From assembly GCF_001194135.2 (NCBI RefSeq), contig NC_069004.1, forward strand, positions 5,789,912 through 5,839,503: a stretch of 49,592 nucleotides of DNA, read 5' to 3'. Below the pieces are notes generated by a model that was not told where the DNA came from, searched no databases, and saw nothing but the letters and a program-made list of their open reading frames with translations. Below, piece by piece: positions 1 to 10,965 of the stretch; position 1 is the stretch's first letter, and each line of letters begins with the position of its first letter. Source of the DNA: Octopus bimaculoides (lineage: Eukaryota). The translations under genes and the position numbers were made by a program.

Positions 1-36
<36 letters not shown>

Positions 37-226
37 CACACACACATGTATATATGTATATATACATATGCATATAGGTTTGTAAACTTTTTATACGTCC
101 CCTTTTATTTCTCTCGAGCCATTTTTAATTTTCGTTTTTCTTTGTGTTTTGTTTTTTTTTGTTTCGTTTTGTTTTGTTTTTGTCTTGTGTGTGAAATAAC
201 TTTTTTCGGTTGTTGTATTTCTGTAG

Positions 227-374
227 CTGCTGCTTTACGAGGTGTGACGTTAACTCGTGGTCGAGCAGCAGCGGCTGTGACGGCACGAGGAGTATACGCC
301 GCAGCAGCGGCAGCAGCAGCATTCAGGCACCCGACGCCCTTGACAACAACTGCAGCAGCTTTACCGTACGCCGC
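227..374 (+). CDS. Rbfox1: Rbfox/Fox-1 homolog, internal coding exon of the C-terminal domain (AAALRGVTLTRGRAAAAVTARGVYAAAAAAAAFRHPTPLTTTAAALPYA)
   Basis: T-rich tract then AG at 225-226; donor GTAAGT at 375-380; GC-rich island in AT-rich DNA; resembles the vertebrate RBFOX segment AAAYRGAHLRGRGR; starts phase 1, ends phase 2, matching the next exon. Confidence 0.92.
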
Positions 375-823
375 GTAAGTATTTGAGATTACACATTTAT
401 CCACGAAGCATCGACTTATTTGCGGTTTCTTTAAAATTCAACCGTATTTCGTTTGCTCAAAATGGTCTTAGTAGTAATAATAATATTTGTTCTATTTAAT
501 AGAACACCTGTACTAATCAAATTAGATCAGTTCCTATAATTAACCAATATTTGTTAATCTTTGCATTTCCAGTGAAAGTCATTAGAACTTTTAGAAAATA
601 TGATATATCAACCAAAATGGAAAATAATTGTCTTTTGCACATACAAGCACTCCTGCACACACACATATATAGAAGATATATATGTAAGGGGCATGTTGGC
701 CTGCCTGCCTATCTTGCAGGGTGGCATCATTTGAAAGCTAAAATTATACAAAGCGCATTGTAACCAATGATGTATAACAACATCGAATTGTCTGGTCAAT
801 CATGTAAAGCGTGTGTATGTGTA

Positions 824-886
<63 letters not shown>

Positions 887-1174
887 NNNNNNNNNNNNNN
901 NNNNNNNNNNNNNNNNNNNNNNNNNNNNNNNNNNNNNNNNNNNNNNNNNNNNNNNNNNNNNNNNNNNNNNNNNNNNNNNNNNNNNNNNNNNNNNNNNNNN
1001 NNNNNNNNNNNNNNNNNNNNNNNNNNNNNNNNNNNNNNNNNNNNNNNNNNNNNNNNNNNNNNNNNNNNNNNNNNNNNNNNNNNNNNNNNNNNNNNNNNNN
1101 NNNNNNNNNNNNNNNNNNNNNNNNNNNNNNNNNNNNNNNNNNNNNNNNNNNNNNNNNNNNNNNNNNNNNNNNNN

Positions 1175-1233
<59 letters not shown>

Positions 1234-1298
1234 GCACACATATCTATATAGTTCATAGATGAGAATCAGATAGAAGACACTTAGTAGTGCTGAAAAAT

Positions 1299-1529
1299 TT
1301 AAACCCTTTTGTTACCTTATTTCCGTTGAGATGCTCTGTGTTTCTTTCAATTAATTTTAAATATAACAAAGAATTTAGTAAAATAACTTAGTTATCATTA
1401 AGCTAATGCTAGGAACATAAATTGTGACTAAGGTTTGGTGGAAGATTTTAATTCAAAACTTACGAAAACAAAACATTTGTACTACAGAGCCAGATCCAGT
1501 TTCAGCCGGTTTGGTAATGAAAGCATTAA
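1299..1529. mobile_element. TTAA-flanked piggyBac-type MITE, family 2
   Basis: Begins TTAAACCCTTTTGTTACC, ends GGTAATGAAAGCATTAA (degenerate terminal inverted repeats); non-coding; homologous to 43705-44170. Confidence 0.65.
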
Positions 1530-1889
1530 ACTTGAGTACGTAGAGAAGTAAATCTAGGCACAAGCAAGTTAGACATGTCAATATATAAAATATATTGAAT
1601 ACATGAAATATAAAGAATGTATATATGTGTTTACATACAAAAAGGTTCGACTTAGACAGAGTAGAAATGATATCGAGAATTTAAGGGGGTTGAACAGCTG
1701 TTTCTGGGTACTCTGAGGTCCAAAATAATGTTTGTAGATTGATTCCATCGTTGAGTGAGATGAGCATCTGTCTTCAGGGTAGAAATCTTACATTTGAGGT
1801 GTTGGTTGAAAGAAGTTCAAAAATGGAATGATTTTGTGGAGAGCTAAGTGTATTAGAGGGAGGAATTGGGGAGGTATTCAGATATATAT

Positions 1890-2050
1890 TCACCATATAA
1901 TGGGTTTCTCTCAGTCTCCATTGACTAAATTTACTCACAAGGCTTTGGTTGGCTCCGGTCTATAGTGGAAGACACTCATGGTGCCATGCCAAAGGACTGA
2001 ACCCCAAATTATGTAGTTGGGAAGCAAACTCCTTAACCTCTCTGCCATTC
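1890..2050 (-). mobile_element. SINE family B, 5' fragment
   Basis: Homologous to 6530-6681 (CAAGGCTTTGGTTGG...GGACTGAACC...GTTGGGAAGCAA); reverse complement has a tRNA-like head. Confidence 0.7.
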
Positions 2051-2196
2051 CTTTGAAAATGGACAGGTCTATTTCTTCTCACGAAAGAATGAAAAAGAAA
2101 ACAAACTAAAAGGCTCTGCAAAAGAGAGAAAGAGAGTACTGTTATTGCTAAAATGTTACTGTTTCATTGATCTGATCCCTATTATTTGCCTTTCAG

Positions 2197-2254
2197 TGGA
2201 GTGTATCACCAAGACCCCTTCTTAGCGACATATGCAGCAGCTGATCGATATCAG
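2197..2254 (+). CDS. Rbfox1: Rbfox coding exon, 58 nt ((A)GVYHQDPFLATYAAADRYQ)
   Basis: Acceptor TTTGCCTTTCAG ending 2196; donor GTAAGT at 2255-2260; phase 2 to 0 keeps the frame open from the previous exon; GVYHQDPF resembles RBFOX GVVYQDGF. Confidence 0.93.
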
Positions 2255-2356
2255 GTAAGTAACGCCCTTTAATTCCTACTTGTCTCACCTTTGTAGTGTT
2301 GCAATTAATCATGTTTAACCCCAGGCTGATATTCATCCAGCAGGTTTATAATAATA

Positions 2357-2520
2357 AACCCTTTAACATTTGAACCGGCCATATCCAGCCCAAATATTCT
2401 ACCTGTTTATGTTGAAACTGGCCAGATTCAGCCTCTCACACCTACCCTTCAATGTCATTCTAAAAATAAACTGTCATATCTTCAAAATATTGAAGCAACA
2501 AGATACTCCATGATTAATTT
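2357..2520 (-). mobile_element. piggyBac-type MITE family 1, truncated
   Basis: AACCCTTTAACATTTGAACCGGCCATATCCAGCCCAAATATTCTACC is the reverse complement of the end of the 14804-15026 copy. Confidence 0.7.
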
Positions 2521-2729
2521 TTTTAAATGTAGATGATAGACCTGCTTTTGCAGTGGACTTGAGCAAATAACACCAGGCACAAAGAAATATTGGGTTTACC
2601 CGGTCACCTCTTCATCACCATCTCTGTTTTTCCAAAGAGAATAGCCATGTATCTTCTCTTCTGCAAGACATCCGTTTGGCATAAAGCCACCTCCTTCTAT
2701 GCTACACCACTCCTTCGCTTGAGGATTTT

Positions 2730-2947
2730 GTCTTGCAGGTTACTTGGTTACCTCACTGGTGCTGCTGCCATGTAAAATGCACCTCATACATTCTCTGAAG
2801 TGGTTGGCATTAGGAAGTGCATCCAACTGCAAAAACAATGCCAAAGCCAATACTGGAGCTCAATACATTCCTCAGGGTTGTCAGCACTTGTAAAACCATC
2901 CAACTCATGCCAGCATGGAAAATCAACATTAGACAACGATGATGATG
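2730..2947 (+). mobile_element. SINE-like repeat family D, 3' part with (GAT)n tail
   Basis: GGTTGGCATTAGGAAG...CATGCCAGCATGGAAAA...GATGATG; related copies at 14021-14215 (-), 20716-20790 (+), 21007-21055 (-). Confidence 0.65.
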
Positions 2948-3156
2948 TCCAAGGTGTAATTTAAAGCAGATGTGAATGCTATTTCTAGCAGGTTAAGTAA
3001 AAATCTAGAGGTTCTCTTATTTGTCCAGATCTAATTTGCCCATCCTCTTACACCTATCATCATTGTGGTCATCATTTAAAGTCCATTTTCCAAACGTTGT
3101 GGTATTCATTCATTTTCTAACATTTTAATTTTCTTTTTTTGCCCTTCGTATTTCAG

Positions 3157-3254
3157 CTCGTTACAACCCAACCGTATGCAGCTGCAGGCTATGCGGCTGC
3201 AACACGCTATGCAATCCCCACTGTAGCAGCGACAGCAGCCACGTACGCGGCTGG
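3157..3254 (+). CDS. Rbfox1: Rbfox coding exon, 98 nt (LVTTQPYAAAGYAAATRYAIPTVAATAATYAAG)
   Basis: Long pyrimidine tract plus TTTCAG ending 3156; donor GTAAGT at 3255-3260; phase 0 to 2; Ala/Tyr/Thr-rich like the Fox-1 C-terminal domain. Confidence 0.92.
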
Positions 3255-3761
3255 GTAAGTTTTATTCTTCAACGTTCTTCCCCTTCTCCCCCCACCCTGC
3301 CGACACTTTTTTTCTTGATTATGCAAAAAAAAAAACNNNNNNNNNNNNNNNNNNNNNNNNNNNNNNNNNNNNNNNNNNNNNNNNNNNNNNNNNNNNNNNN
3401 NNNNNNNNNNNNNNNNNNNNNNNNNNNNNNNNNNNNNNNNNNNNNNNNNNNNNNNNNNNNNNNCCCCCACCCCCACCGCCACTTCGACCAGCACCCCTTT
3501 CCACCATTACTTTGGGAAACAAAAAAAAAAAATCCTCACCAATACCAAAATGCTGAAGGACAGAGTTGGGGTGGGGTTCGTGTATCTGTACAAATTATGA
3601 AGGTTACAAAAGAGGGTGTACTAGTTTCTCTGTTGATGGAATCAGTAGAGTGGCTGATATGTCTGTTTTCATCACCCTGGGGCCATTCTCTTGATGGTCA
3701 CTTTGTCTACCAAGAATCTAAGTTAAAATGACCAAGATCTTGATTGATTATAGAATGTTAG

Positions 3762-3947
3762 TTTCAAATTTTTGGCACAATGCCAGCAACTTCAGGGAAG
3801 GGGTAAGTCAACTTATTTCATCGACCTCCAAAAAAAAATGTAAGACAGAGTTGACCATGGCAGGATTTGAACTCAGAGCATAAATACGAATGAAATGCTG
3901 TGAAGTATTTTGCCCAGCATGTTAATGATTCTGCCAGCTTGCTGCTT
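3762..3947 (-). mobile_element. SINE family A (tRNA-derived, (TTA)n-tailed), minus copy
   Basis: Reverse complement aligns to 12154-12376 (GCTGGCAGAATCATTA...CTGAGTTCAAAT). Confidence 0.7.
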
Positions 3948-4049
3948 TGAGGAATTACAGAATATTGGTAATGCTGCAAATTGTTAGAATGCACCTTGAT
4001 TATCTTCTCTGAATGCATGAAGGACAATAACACCTTCTGCCATTAAATT

Positions 4050-4235
4050 GTCATTAAACTGCGACCATGCTGGAGTACTTACTCTCAACAAATTGACCCT
4101 AGTACACATTTATTTTTAAGCCTAGTACTTATTCTATAGTTCTCTTTTGCTGAACTGCTAAGTTACAGGGATGTAAACACACCAACACTGGTTGTTGAGC
4201 AGTAGAGTGGGGGACAGAGAGACACAAAGACACAA
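4050..4235 (-). mobile_element. SINE family B, 3' half
   Basis: Shares AAGCCTAGTACTTATTCTAT and CTAAGTTAC blocks with 6262-6681. Confidence 0.75.
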
Positions 4236-4330
4236 ACGCATAGATGTCTATTCATCTCTCTCTCTCTCTCTGTATATATATATGCATGTATGTGTGTATG
4301 TAATATGTATGTATGTATGTATGTATGTAT

Positions 4331-4520
4331 GTTGTGTTTGTTCCCCAAACAACGCATGACAAACGATGCTTGTGCGTTTACGCCCCCCGTAACTTAGCGG
4401 CTCGGCTTAAGAAACCGATAGAATAAGTACTAGGCTTACAAAGTCCTGGGGTTGATTTGCTTTACTAAAGGCGGTGCTCCAGTATGGCCGCAATCAAATG
4501 ACTGAAACAAAATAAAAGAA
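4331..4520 (+). mobile_element. SINE family B, 3' half, inverted relative to 4050-4235
   Basis: GTAACTTAGCGG...GATAGAATAAGTACTAGGCTT...ATGGCCGCAATCAAATGACTGAAAC is the reverse complement of the family B tail. Confidence 0.8.
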
Positions 4521-4553
4521 TATATATATATATATATATATATNNNNNNNNNN

Positions 4554-4625
4554 TGGTGGTGGTGGTGGCGGCGGTGGTGGCAGTGGTAATGGTGGTGGTG
4601 GTGGTGGTGGTGGTAGTGGTGGTGT
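4554..4625. repeat. (GGT)n microsatellite, followed by (GTT)n at about 4722-4752
   Basis: Seen directly. Confidence 0.9.
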
Positions 4626-5233
4626 TAGTGGTTCTGCAATTATAGTCTGTTGAACAGTTTGTCAACACACCTCTTTCTCTTCATTCTTTTTCCTTAAATT
4701 AATTTATGTTTTGTTTTGTTAGTGTTGTCGTTGTTGTTGTTGTTGTTGTTGTCACCTTCTCCCCCTCCCCTGATTCAACTGTGTCTCTGTCTGTCTGTCT
4801 GTCTGTCTATGTTTATCTTTATATTTAAAATTTTTTTTGCCACATTTTTCTTGATTATTCTCTCTGTCGTTAGGCTGTGATCACTTGTATAAGTGTATAT
4901 GTATATAGACATATGTGTGTGTGTTGTGTGTATATATGTGTGTTTATATTCATACGTATATGTATATATAATCATATATAAAGATATATGTATCTATATA
5001 TATGCACACACACATGGATGTGTGTATATATAGATGCACATGTGTATGTGTGTATATATTCATATATACATGCCCATATATGTATGAATATATTTATATG
5101 CATACATGCTTGAATATATATACACATACATACATACATATATGTCTGTATGTATGTATGTATGTATGTATGTACAAACACCAAATGATTACACTTGCAT
5201 ACATTCCTATAATGTTTGTCTGTAATTAGATAG

Positions 5234-5294
<61 letters not shown>

Positions 5295-5899
5295 GCTGGC
5301 TCATGTTGCTTGCGTTTAGAAAATATACTTCATTGTTTTCAATTGTTAACCCAACCTTCCACATTCTTGCTTTTTATTACAGTAACTCTCTGTGCCTCCC
5401 CAATCTTCTCTCTCTCTCTCTCTCTTTCTCTATATCTCTTTCACTCACACTGTACACTACTTCCACCCAACACGCAAACATACATGCATGATCCACAGAA
5501 TGAGCCTGAATATTAGTTGGTCATATCGCTAGAAATAACAGCTAAGTCTCCCTCAAGTTATATGACTGTCTTCTATGCCAAAAAAATGGAAAACTTTGGA
5601 TAAGTGTATATATATATCGGAGTATTTAATAAAAAAACAACCACAATTTGATCATAAGCTTACCCTATGATGACTAAAAAAGATGAGCTAACTACATCTA
5701 TAAAAACATACTTTTAAATTTTCCCTCATCCTCTTGTCCTTCTGTCTTTTTTCATTTCTTGTTCTTGTCCATACTATTCCCCTGTATCCACTCCTTTTCA
5801 GTATCCTTCCACCCCTACAATTGCTCTGCTTACAATTTCTGGAAGGGTCATCGGGACAACATCCTCAGTCATCCCTCAGTCATCCCACTTTTTGTTTGG

Positions 5900-6185
5900 C
5901 ATTCTTAAATATGTCCAATGAAATCTTTGGATATCATCATTATATATTATCTGGCCGTCTTGTTCTTCGTTTACCTCTATGTCTCCTGCCGGTTGGCTCA
6001 GCTTGAAGAATCCATCTTGCGACATTTTAATCACATGTCTGTAGGACTGGAACTGTGGCCTTTCAATGCTGAGAAGAAACGGTTCAATCTGGAGAGACTC
6101 CTTATCTCCGAACTGTGCACCTTGTCGAGTAACATTGCTCCAGAGATCCTTTAGAGGAATCTCCTTTTGGCCTCTTTCAATCATT
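5900..6185 (-). mobile_element. Decayed RTE-like non-LTR retrotransposon, C-terminal ORF fragment
   Basis: Minus-strand translation across frameshifts gives LLDKVHSSEIR / ESLQIEPFLLSIERPQFQSYRHVIKM / GKRRTRRP, resembling the RTE-clade tail pattern (DxVRSxEIR...IExxQLRWxGHVxRM...GKRxRGRP). Confidence 0.6.
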
Positions 6186-6261
6186 AACCATTATTCCTGA
6201 CTTTAGATGAGTACAGGTGCCAAAACTGACCTGAAGTTTAGCATTTTTATTATCGACCTCT

Positions 6262-6681
6262 CCTCTTTTATCTTTCACTTGTTTCAGTCATTCGACTGTG
6301 ACCGTGCTGGGGCACCACTTTGAAAGTTTTCTTTTAGTCAAACAAATCAATCCTAGGACCTATGTTTTCTTTTTTTTTTTTTGTAAGCCTCATACTTACT
6401 CTATCAGTCTCTTTTGCTGAACCGCTAAGTTATGGAAACATAAACATACCAATACTGATTGTCAAGCGATGGTGAAGGGACAAACACAGATACAAAGACA
6501 CACACACACTCATATGTATGACAGGCTTCTTTCAGTTTCCATTTACCAAATCCGCTCAGGGCTTTGGTTGGCCTAAGGCTATAGTAGGAGACACTTGCCC
6601 AAGGTACCACGTAATGGGACTGAACCTGGACTCATGTGGTTGGGAAGCAAGCTTCTTACCACTCAGCCACATTCTGCACCT
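6262..6681 (-). mobile_element. SINE family B, near full length (tRNA-like head, CORE-like start, internal CA/TA microsatellite)
   Basis: Reverse complement begins with A/B-box-like GTGGCTGAGTGGTAAG...GGTTCAGTCCC, then ACCTTGGGCAAGTGTC, similar to the CORE-domain start GACCTTGGGCAAGTCAC; many homologues in the window. Confidence 0.8.
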
Positions 6682-6960
6682 CTTCTTTTTTCTTTATAAT
6701 TTTTATTTTATTTGTCCCTTATTTTTTCCTCTTTTCACCTTATCCTTTCCTTTTCCATCCTTCTCCTCTACCCCTCCACATCCTTTTACCCCCACCCCTG
6801 TCTTAGCCTTTGAAGGAGTAGTAGCCCCTAATATAGTTAAGTGACCTGTCTCTCATTCATCATTCACTCTCATTAACACATGCTCATTCATCACTCACAA
6901 CACTCACTTTTCTCTCATTCATCTCTTCACTCACCTCACTCAACTCTTCATTCGTCATTC

Positions 6961-7086
6961 AATCCACACGGCTTGAAGTTAATGCAAGACTATGCTAAAA
7001 GACGTTTGCCCAAGATGCCAAGATGTGGGATTGAACTAGGAACCTGATGATTGCAAAGCAGTTTTCTTAACCACTCAACTACGCCT
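6961..7086 (-). mobile_element. SINE family B, head fragment
   Basis: TTGCCCAAGATGCC...GGGATTGAACTAGG...TTAACCACTCAACTACGCCT aligns to 6595-6681. Confidence 0.6.
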
Positions 7087-7144
7087 TGCATTTGATTAAT
7101 ACTAACAAAGCGATGACTAATAAGAAGTGGTTTCTATACTTTGG

Positions 7145-7870
7145 GAGCTTTCTTCTTCTTCTTCTTCTTTGCATTCTTCATCTTATTTGCCTTTCTTCTT
7201 CTTCTTCTTCTTTGCATTCTTCTTCCTCTTCGCTTTCTTTGCTTTTCCTCCTCCTCCTCCCCCCATCTTCCTGCCCCCATCCTCCTCATTTCCCTTCTTT
7301 TTCTCCTCCTCCTCTTCTCCATTTCCCTTCTTTTTCTCCTCCCCCTCTTCCCCATTTCCCTTCTTTTTCTCCTCCTTCCCCTCCTCATTTCCCTTCTTTT
7401 TCTCCTTCCCTTCCACATTTCCCTCCTCTCCCTCCTCCTTCTTTGCCTTCTTCGCCTTCTTCTCTGCCTTCTCTTCATCTTTTTCCTCCTCCCCTCCTCT
7501 TCATTTCCCTTCTTTTTCTCCTCCTCCTTCTTTGCCTTTGCCTTCTTCTCTGCCTTCTCTTCTACTTCTTCTTCTTCCTCCTCCTCTTTGCATTCTTCTT
7601 CCTCTTTGTTTTCTTCGCTTTCTTCTTTGCCTTCTCTTCATTTTCTTCTTCCGCCTCCTCCTTTTGCTTTCTTCTTTCTCTTTGTCTTCTTCCTCTTTGC
7701 CGTCATCTTCCTTCATTATCTCCACCTCCACCAGCACCACTTTTCATGTTGCTATCCGTCAAACTCTGCACTTCTCTCTGCCATCTCCTCCCTCTCCACC
7801 ATTCTTCTTTACTCCCCACCCCTACGTTTCCTTCCTTCCTTCCTTCCTTCCTTCCTCATCTTTCTCTTAA
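7145..7870 (+). repeat. Approximately 720-bp homopyrimidine (CTT/CCT) tract containing a 33-bp minisatellite
   Basis: CATTTCCCTTCTTTTTCTCC recurs at 7287, 7320, 7353, 7386 (period 33), with a variant at 7416 and another copy at 7502. Confidence 0.9.
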
Positions 7871-8116
7871 CAATTTCACTAACCCTTGTAACATTTCAAA
7901 ACTTGGATATTAACTGTGCTAACTTTTCTGTAGTTATTCCTATCCCTGCTCCAGCTTGCAAGGGGCCTTTAAAAGGACAAAAAAAAAAAAAAATTAAAAA
8001 AGGGGAGCATTTGGGGCTCTGAATTTATCCTCTCTATTTCGTTTGATTAACACCTACATTAATCACCATCATACACTCATTAGTTTAAGGCTGTTTGTGC
8101 CTCTCTCCTCCTCCCC

Positions 8117-8149
<33 letters not shown>

Positions 8150-9574
8150 CCATTCGACACACACATGCATATACATCCTATTTGATGCTTTGTTTCTTCT
8201 TTCTCTCTATCTTCTTCCATTTCCAAGGTGATGTCTCAGTATGAAACAAGTTCTTCCCTTTTTTTTGTCTCATTTAATCTACACACGCACACACNNNNNN
8301 NNNNNNNNNNNNNNNNNNNNNNNNNNNNNNNNNNNNNNNNNNNNNNNNNNNNNNNNNNNNNNNNNNNNNNNNNNNNNNNNNNNNNNNNNNNNNNNNNNNN
8401 NNNNNNNNNNNNNNNNNNNNNNNNNNNNNNNNNNNNNNNNNNNNNNNNNNNNNNNNNNNNNNNNNNNNNNNNNNNNNNNNNNNNNNNNNNNNNNNNNNNN
8501 NNNNNNNNNNNNNNNNNNNNNNNNNNNNNNNNNNNNNNNNNNNNNNNNNNNNNNNNNNNNNNNNNNNNNNNNNNNNNNNNNNNNNNNNNNNNNNNNNNNN
8601 NNNNNNNNNNNNNNNNNNNNNNNNNNNNNNNNNNNNNNNNNNNNNNNNNNNNNNNNNNNNNNNNNNNNNNNNNNNNNNNNNNNNNNNNNNNNNNNNNNNN
8701 NNNNNNNNNNNNNNNNNNNNNNNNNNNNNNNCTTTCTCATCTTGCTTATTAAGTACCCCCAAATTACACAACTGCAACATCAACAACAACAACTAAACCA
8801 TTTTTACATAGCAAGCAAGATATCCCCCCCCCCCAAAAAAAAAATACAAAGCACAAAAGAGATATGCATTTTGTAAATGCCAGTGTTGTTCTGTCCAAAA
8901 GAGATCAACTCTTCTTATAATTATTTTTTTTATAATTATTCTTAAAATTCTTCTTAATTATTTTTATTTTTATGGATTTTTAAAATCAGTTTTTTTTTCT
9001 TTGAGTGCATAATTGCATGTGGTCGTAAAAATTCACACTGCAATTAAATTGTTTCTTGTATTTTTTTTAAACAACTTAGACAATGTGTGTGTGGGTGTGT
9101 GTTTTTGTTGTATATATGTGAGTATATACGTATATATATATATGTGTGTATATATGAATGTATACAATATATATATTGTATACATATGTATAGTATATAT
9201 GTATATATATATGCATATATATATGTATGTGTATATATTATATATATGATATGTATATATGATATATATATCCATATATATATATATAAATATACATATA
9301 TGCATAATGTTTTACTCTTTTGTCTTCATTTTCATTTAATTTTAATTTGAGAGATTGTCTTTAATTTAATATATATCTTTAAAAATAAAGCTTCCATTTA
9401 TTTATTTATTCAAAAAATATATTTTTTAATTTGCTTCTAAACTAGGTTTAATTTTATATATATATATATATTTATATATTTATTTATTTAGACTTTTACT
9501 ACTTTCTTTTGGGGGACTGGAGATGGATATACTGGTAGTGGTCTAGAATTATTATTATTATTATTATTATTATC

Positions 9575-9974
9575 GTTAATGCAATGAGCTATCAATCGTT
9601 AACACACATGGCATAAAACATAATGGCATTTTGTCCACTTTTTACAAATTCTGCCGAGGTTGATGTTGCCTTTCATCCTTTTGAGAGCAGTGTAATAAAT
9701 AGTAGTTGNNNNNNNNNNNNNNNNNNNNNNNNNNNNNNNNNNNNNNNNNNNNNNNNNNNNNNNNNNNNNNNNNNNNNNNNNNNNNNNNNNNNNNNNNNNN
9801 NNNNNNNNNNNNNNNNNNNNNNNNNNNNNNNNNNNNNNNNNNNNNCAAAATATCAGGCAAGTACCAGCTGAACACTGGGTCAATATAATCGACTTACCCC
9901 CTCCTCGAAGTTGCTGGCCTTGTGTCAAAATTTGAGACTATCATCGTCATCATTACTATTATTATTACTACTAC

Positions 9975-10007
<33 letters not shown>

Positions 10008-10237
10008 CATTATTATTATTATGATGACTGCGAGCTTGCCGAATCGTTATCATGCCAAGCGAAATGCTTAGCAGTATTTCATCTCTCGCAATGTTCTGAG
10101 TTCAAATTCTGCTGAGGTTGACTTGGCCTTTCATCCTTTTGTGGTCACTAAATTAAGTACCAGTGAAACACTTGGGTTGATGTAATTGACAGTCCTTGTA
10201 CCTATAGTAGAAAGAATTATTATTATTATTATTTTCA

Positions 10238-10304
<67 letters not shown>

Positions 10305-10318
10305 CATTATTATTACTA
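9575..10318 (+). mobile_element. Two head-to-tail SINE family A copies with (TTA)n tails
   Basis: Each has the GCCTTTCATCCTTT...AAGTACCAG central block and a TTA tail; the first spans the 9709-9845 gap, the second starts near 10026. Confidence 0.75.
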
Positions 10319-10755
10319 GTCGTATTACTAAGCTTCGTCTGTTTTATGTAGGATTATTTTATATAAATTTTCAACTCTATCTTTATTTACACCATAAAAA
10401 ACATACTCAGTAATGTAAGGTCAGCAAAAGATATTTTACTACACTCATTTTCCCTATTTTTATGCCCCCATACATAAACTAATCCAATTCATAAATCCAT
10501 AATCCAATACATAAACTAAGGGAACTCTGGTTGTCTCAGTCCACTTCGCTGACGAGAGGTTGAAACAAATGATTAACTAACTTGATTTATAATAATAGTC
10601 AAGGTGAAATGCAACCAGTGTGTGTGTTCTTATTGACACACTGACCCTCCTGAGACACAACAGAATATGTTACAATACATTTCATAGTGAGAATCCAAAT
10701 GAATACTTTCCATCAAAAATTTATATTCATAATTTATATTCTAAATACCAGCTTT

Positions 10756-10950
10756 TTAAACCTTTTAGCATTGACATTCTATTGAAATAATAATTATTTA
10801 TTCACATTGTTTTGAATTAATCTTGCGTTATCTTGTAGCTATCAGATGAAGTAACTAAGTTCTTAGAATGATATTGTAGGGTTGGTGTAAGAGGCCACAT
10901 CTGGCCAGTTTGAAAATAAAATAGATAGAACATTTTGGGTAAAGGGTTAA
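10756..10950 (+). mobile_element. piggyBac-type MITE family 1
   Basis: TTAAACCTTTTAGCATT ... AAAGGGTTAA ends; internal homology to 14804-15026. Confidence 0.75.
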
Positions 10951-10965
10951 TGACAGTTATTTTAG

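Noticed and set aside
105-404. 99-aa minus-strand ORF
   Set aside because: Antisense shadow of the GCN-rich Rbfox exon.
1640-1885. Higher-complexity segment that looks like a repeat or coding relic
   Set aside because: No second copy in the window, and I cannot recognise its translation.
2728-2775. TTGCAG acceptor plus Ala-rich codons as an alternative partner of the 58-nt exon
   Set aside because: Lies in a family D repeat, and the donor (GTAAAA) is weak.
3660-3720. PWGHSLDG peptide as a candidate for the missing exon
   Set aside because: Only GHS matches; no YGR or DPY and no convincing splice sites.
7287-7430. CRISPR-like periodic repeats (also the SINE chains and the 49.4-kb repeat)
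   Set aside because: Eukaryotic context, no unique spacers and no cas genes; these are ordinary tandem repeats.
7921-7990. Acceptor-like CTTTTCTGTAG giving GYSYP in the right phase for the missing exon
   Set aside because: No similarity to the conserved Rbfox segment and no donor nearby.
7086-8022. 247-293 aa ORFs (F/S/L/P-rich on +, R/K/E-rich on -)
   Set aside because: Artefacts of the C/T-only tract, which cannot contain stop codons.
10545-10575. CTGACGA-GAGGTT-GAAA string
   Set aside because: No helix II, no UH triplet in register and no helix I.
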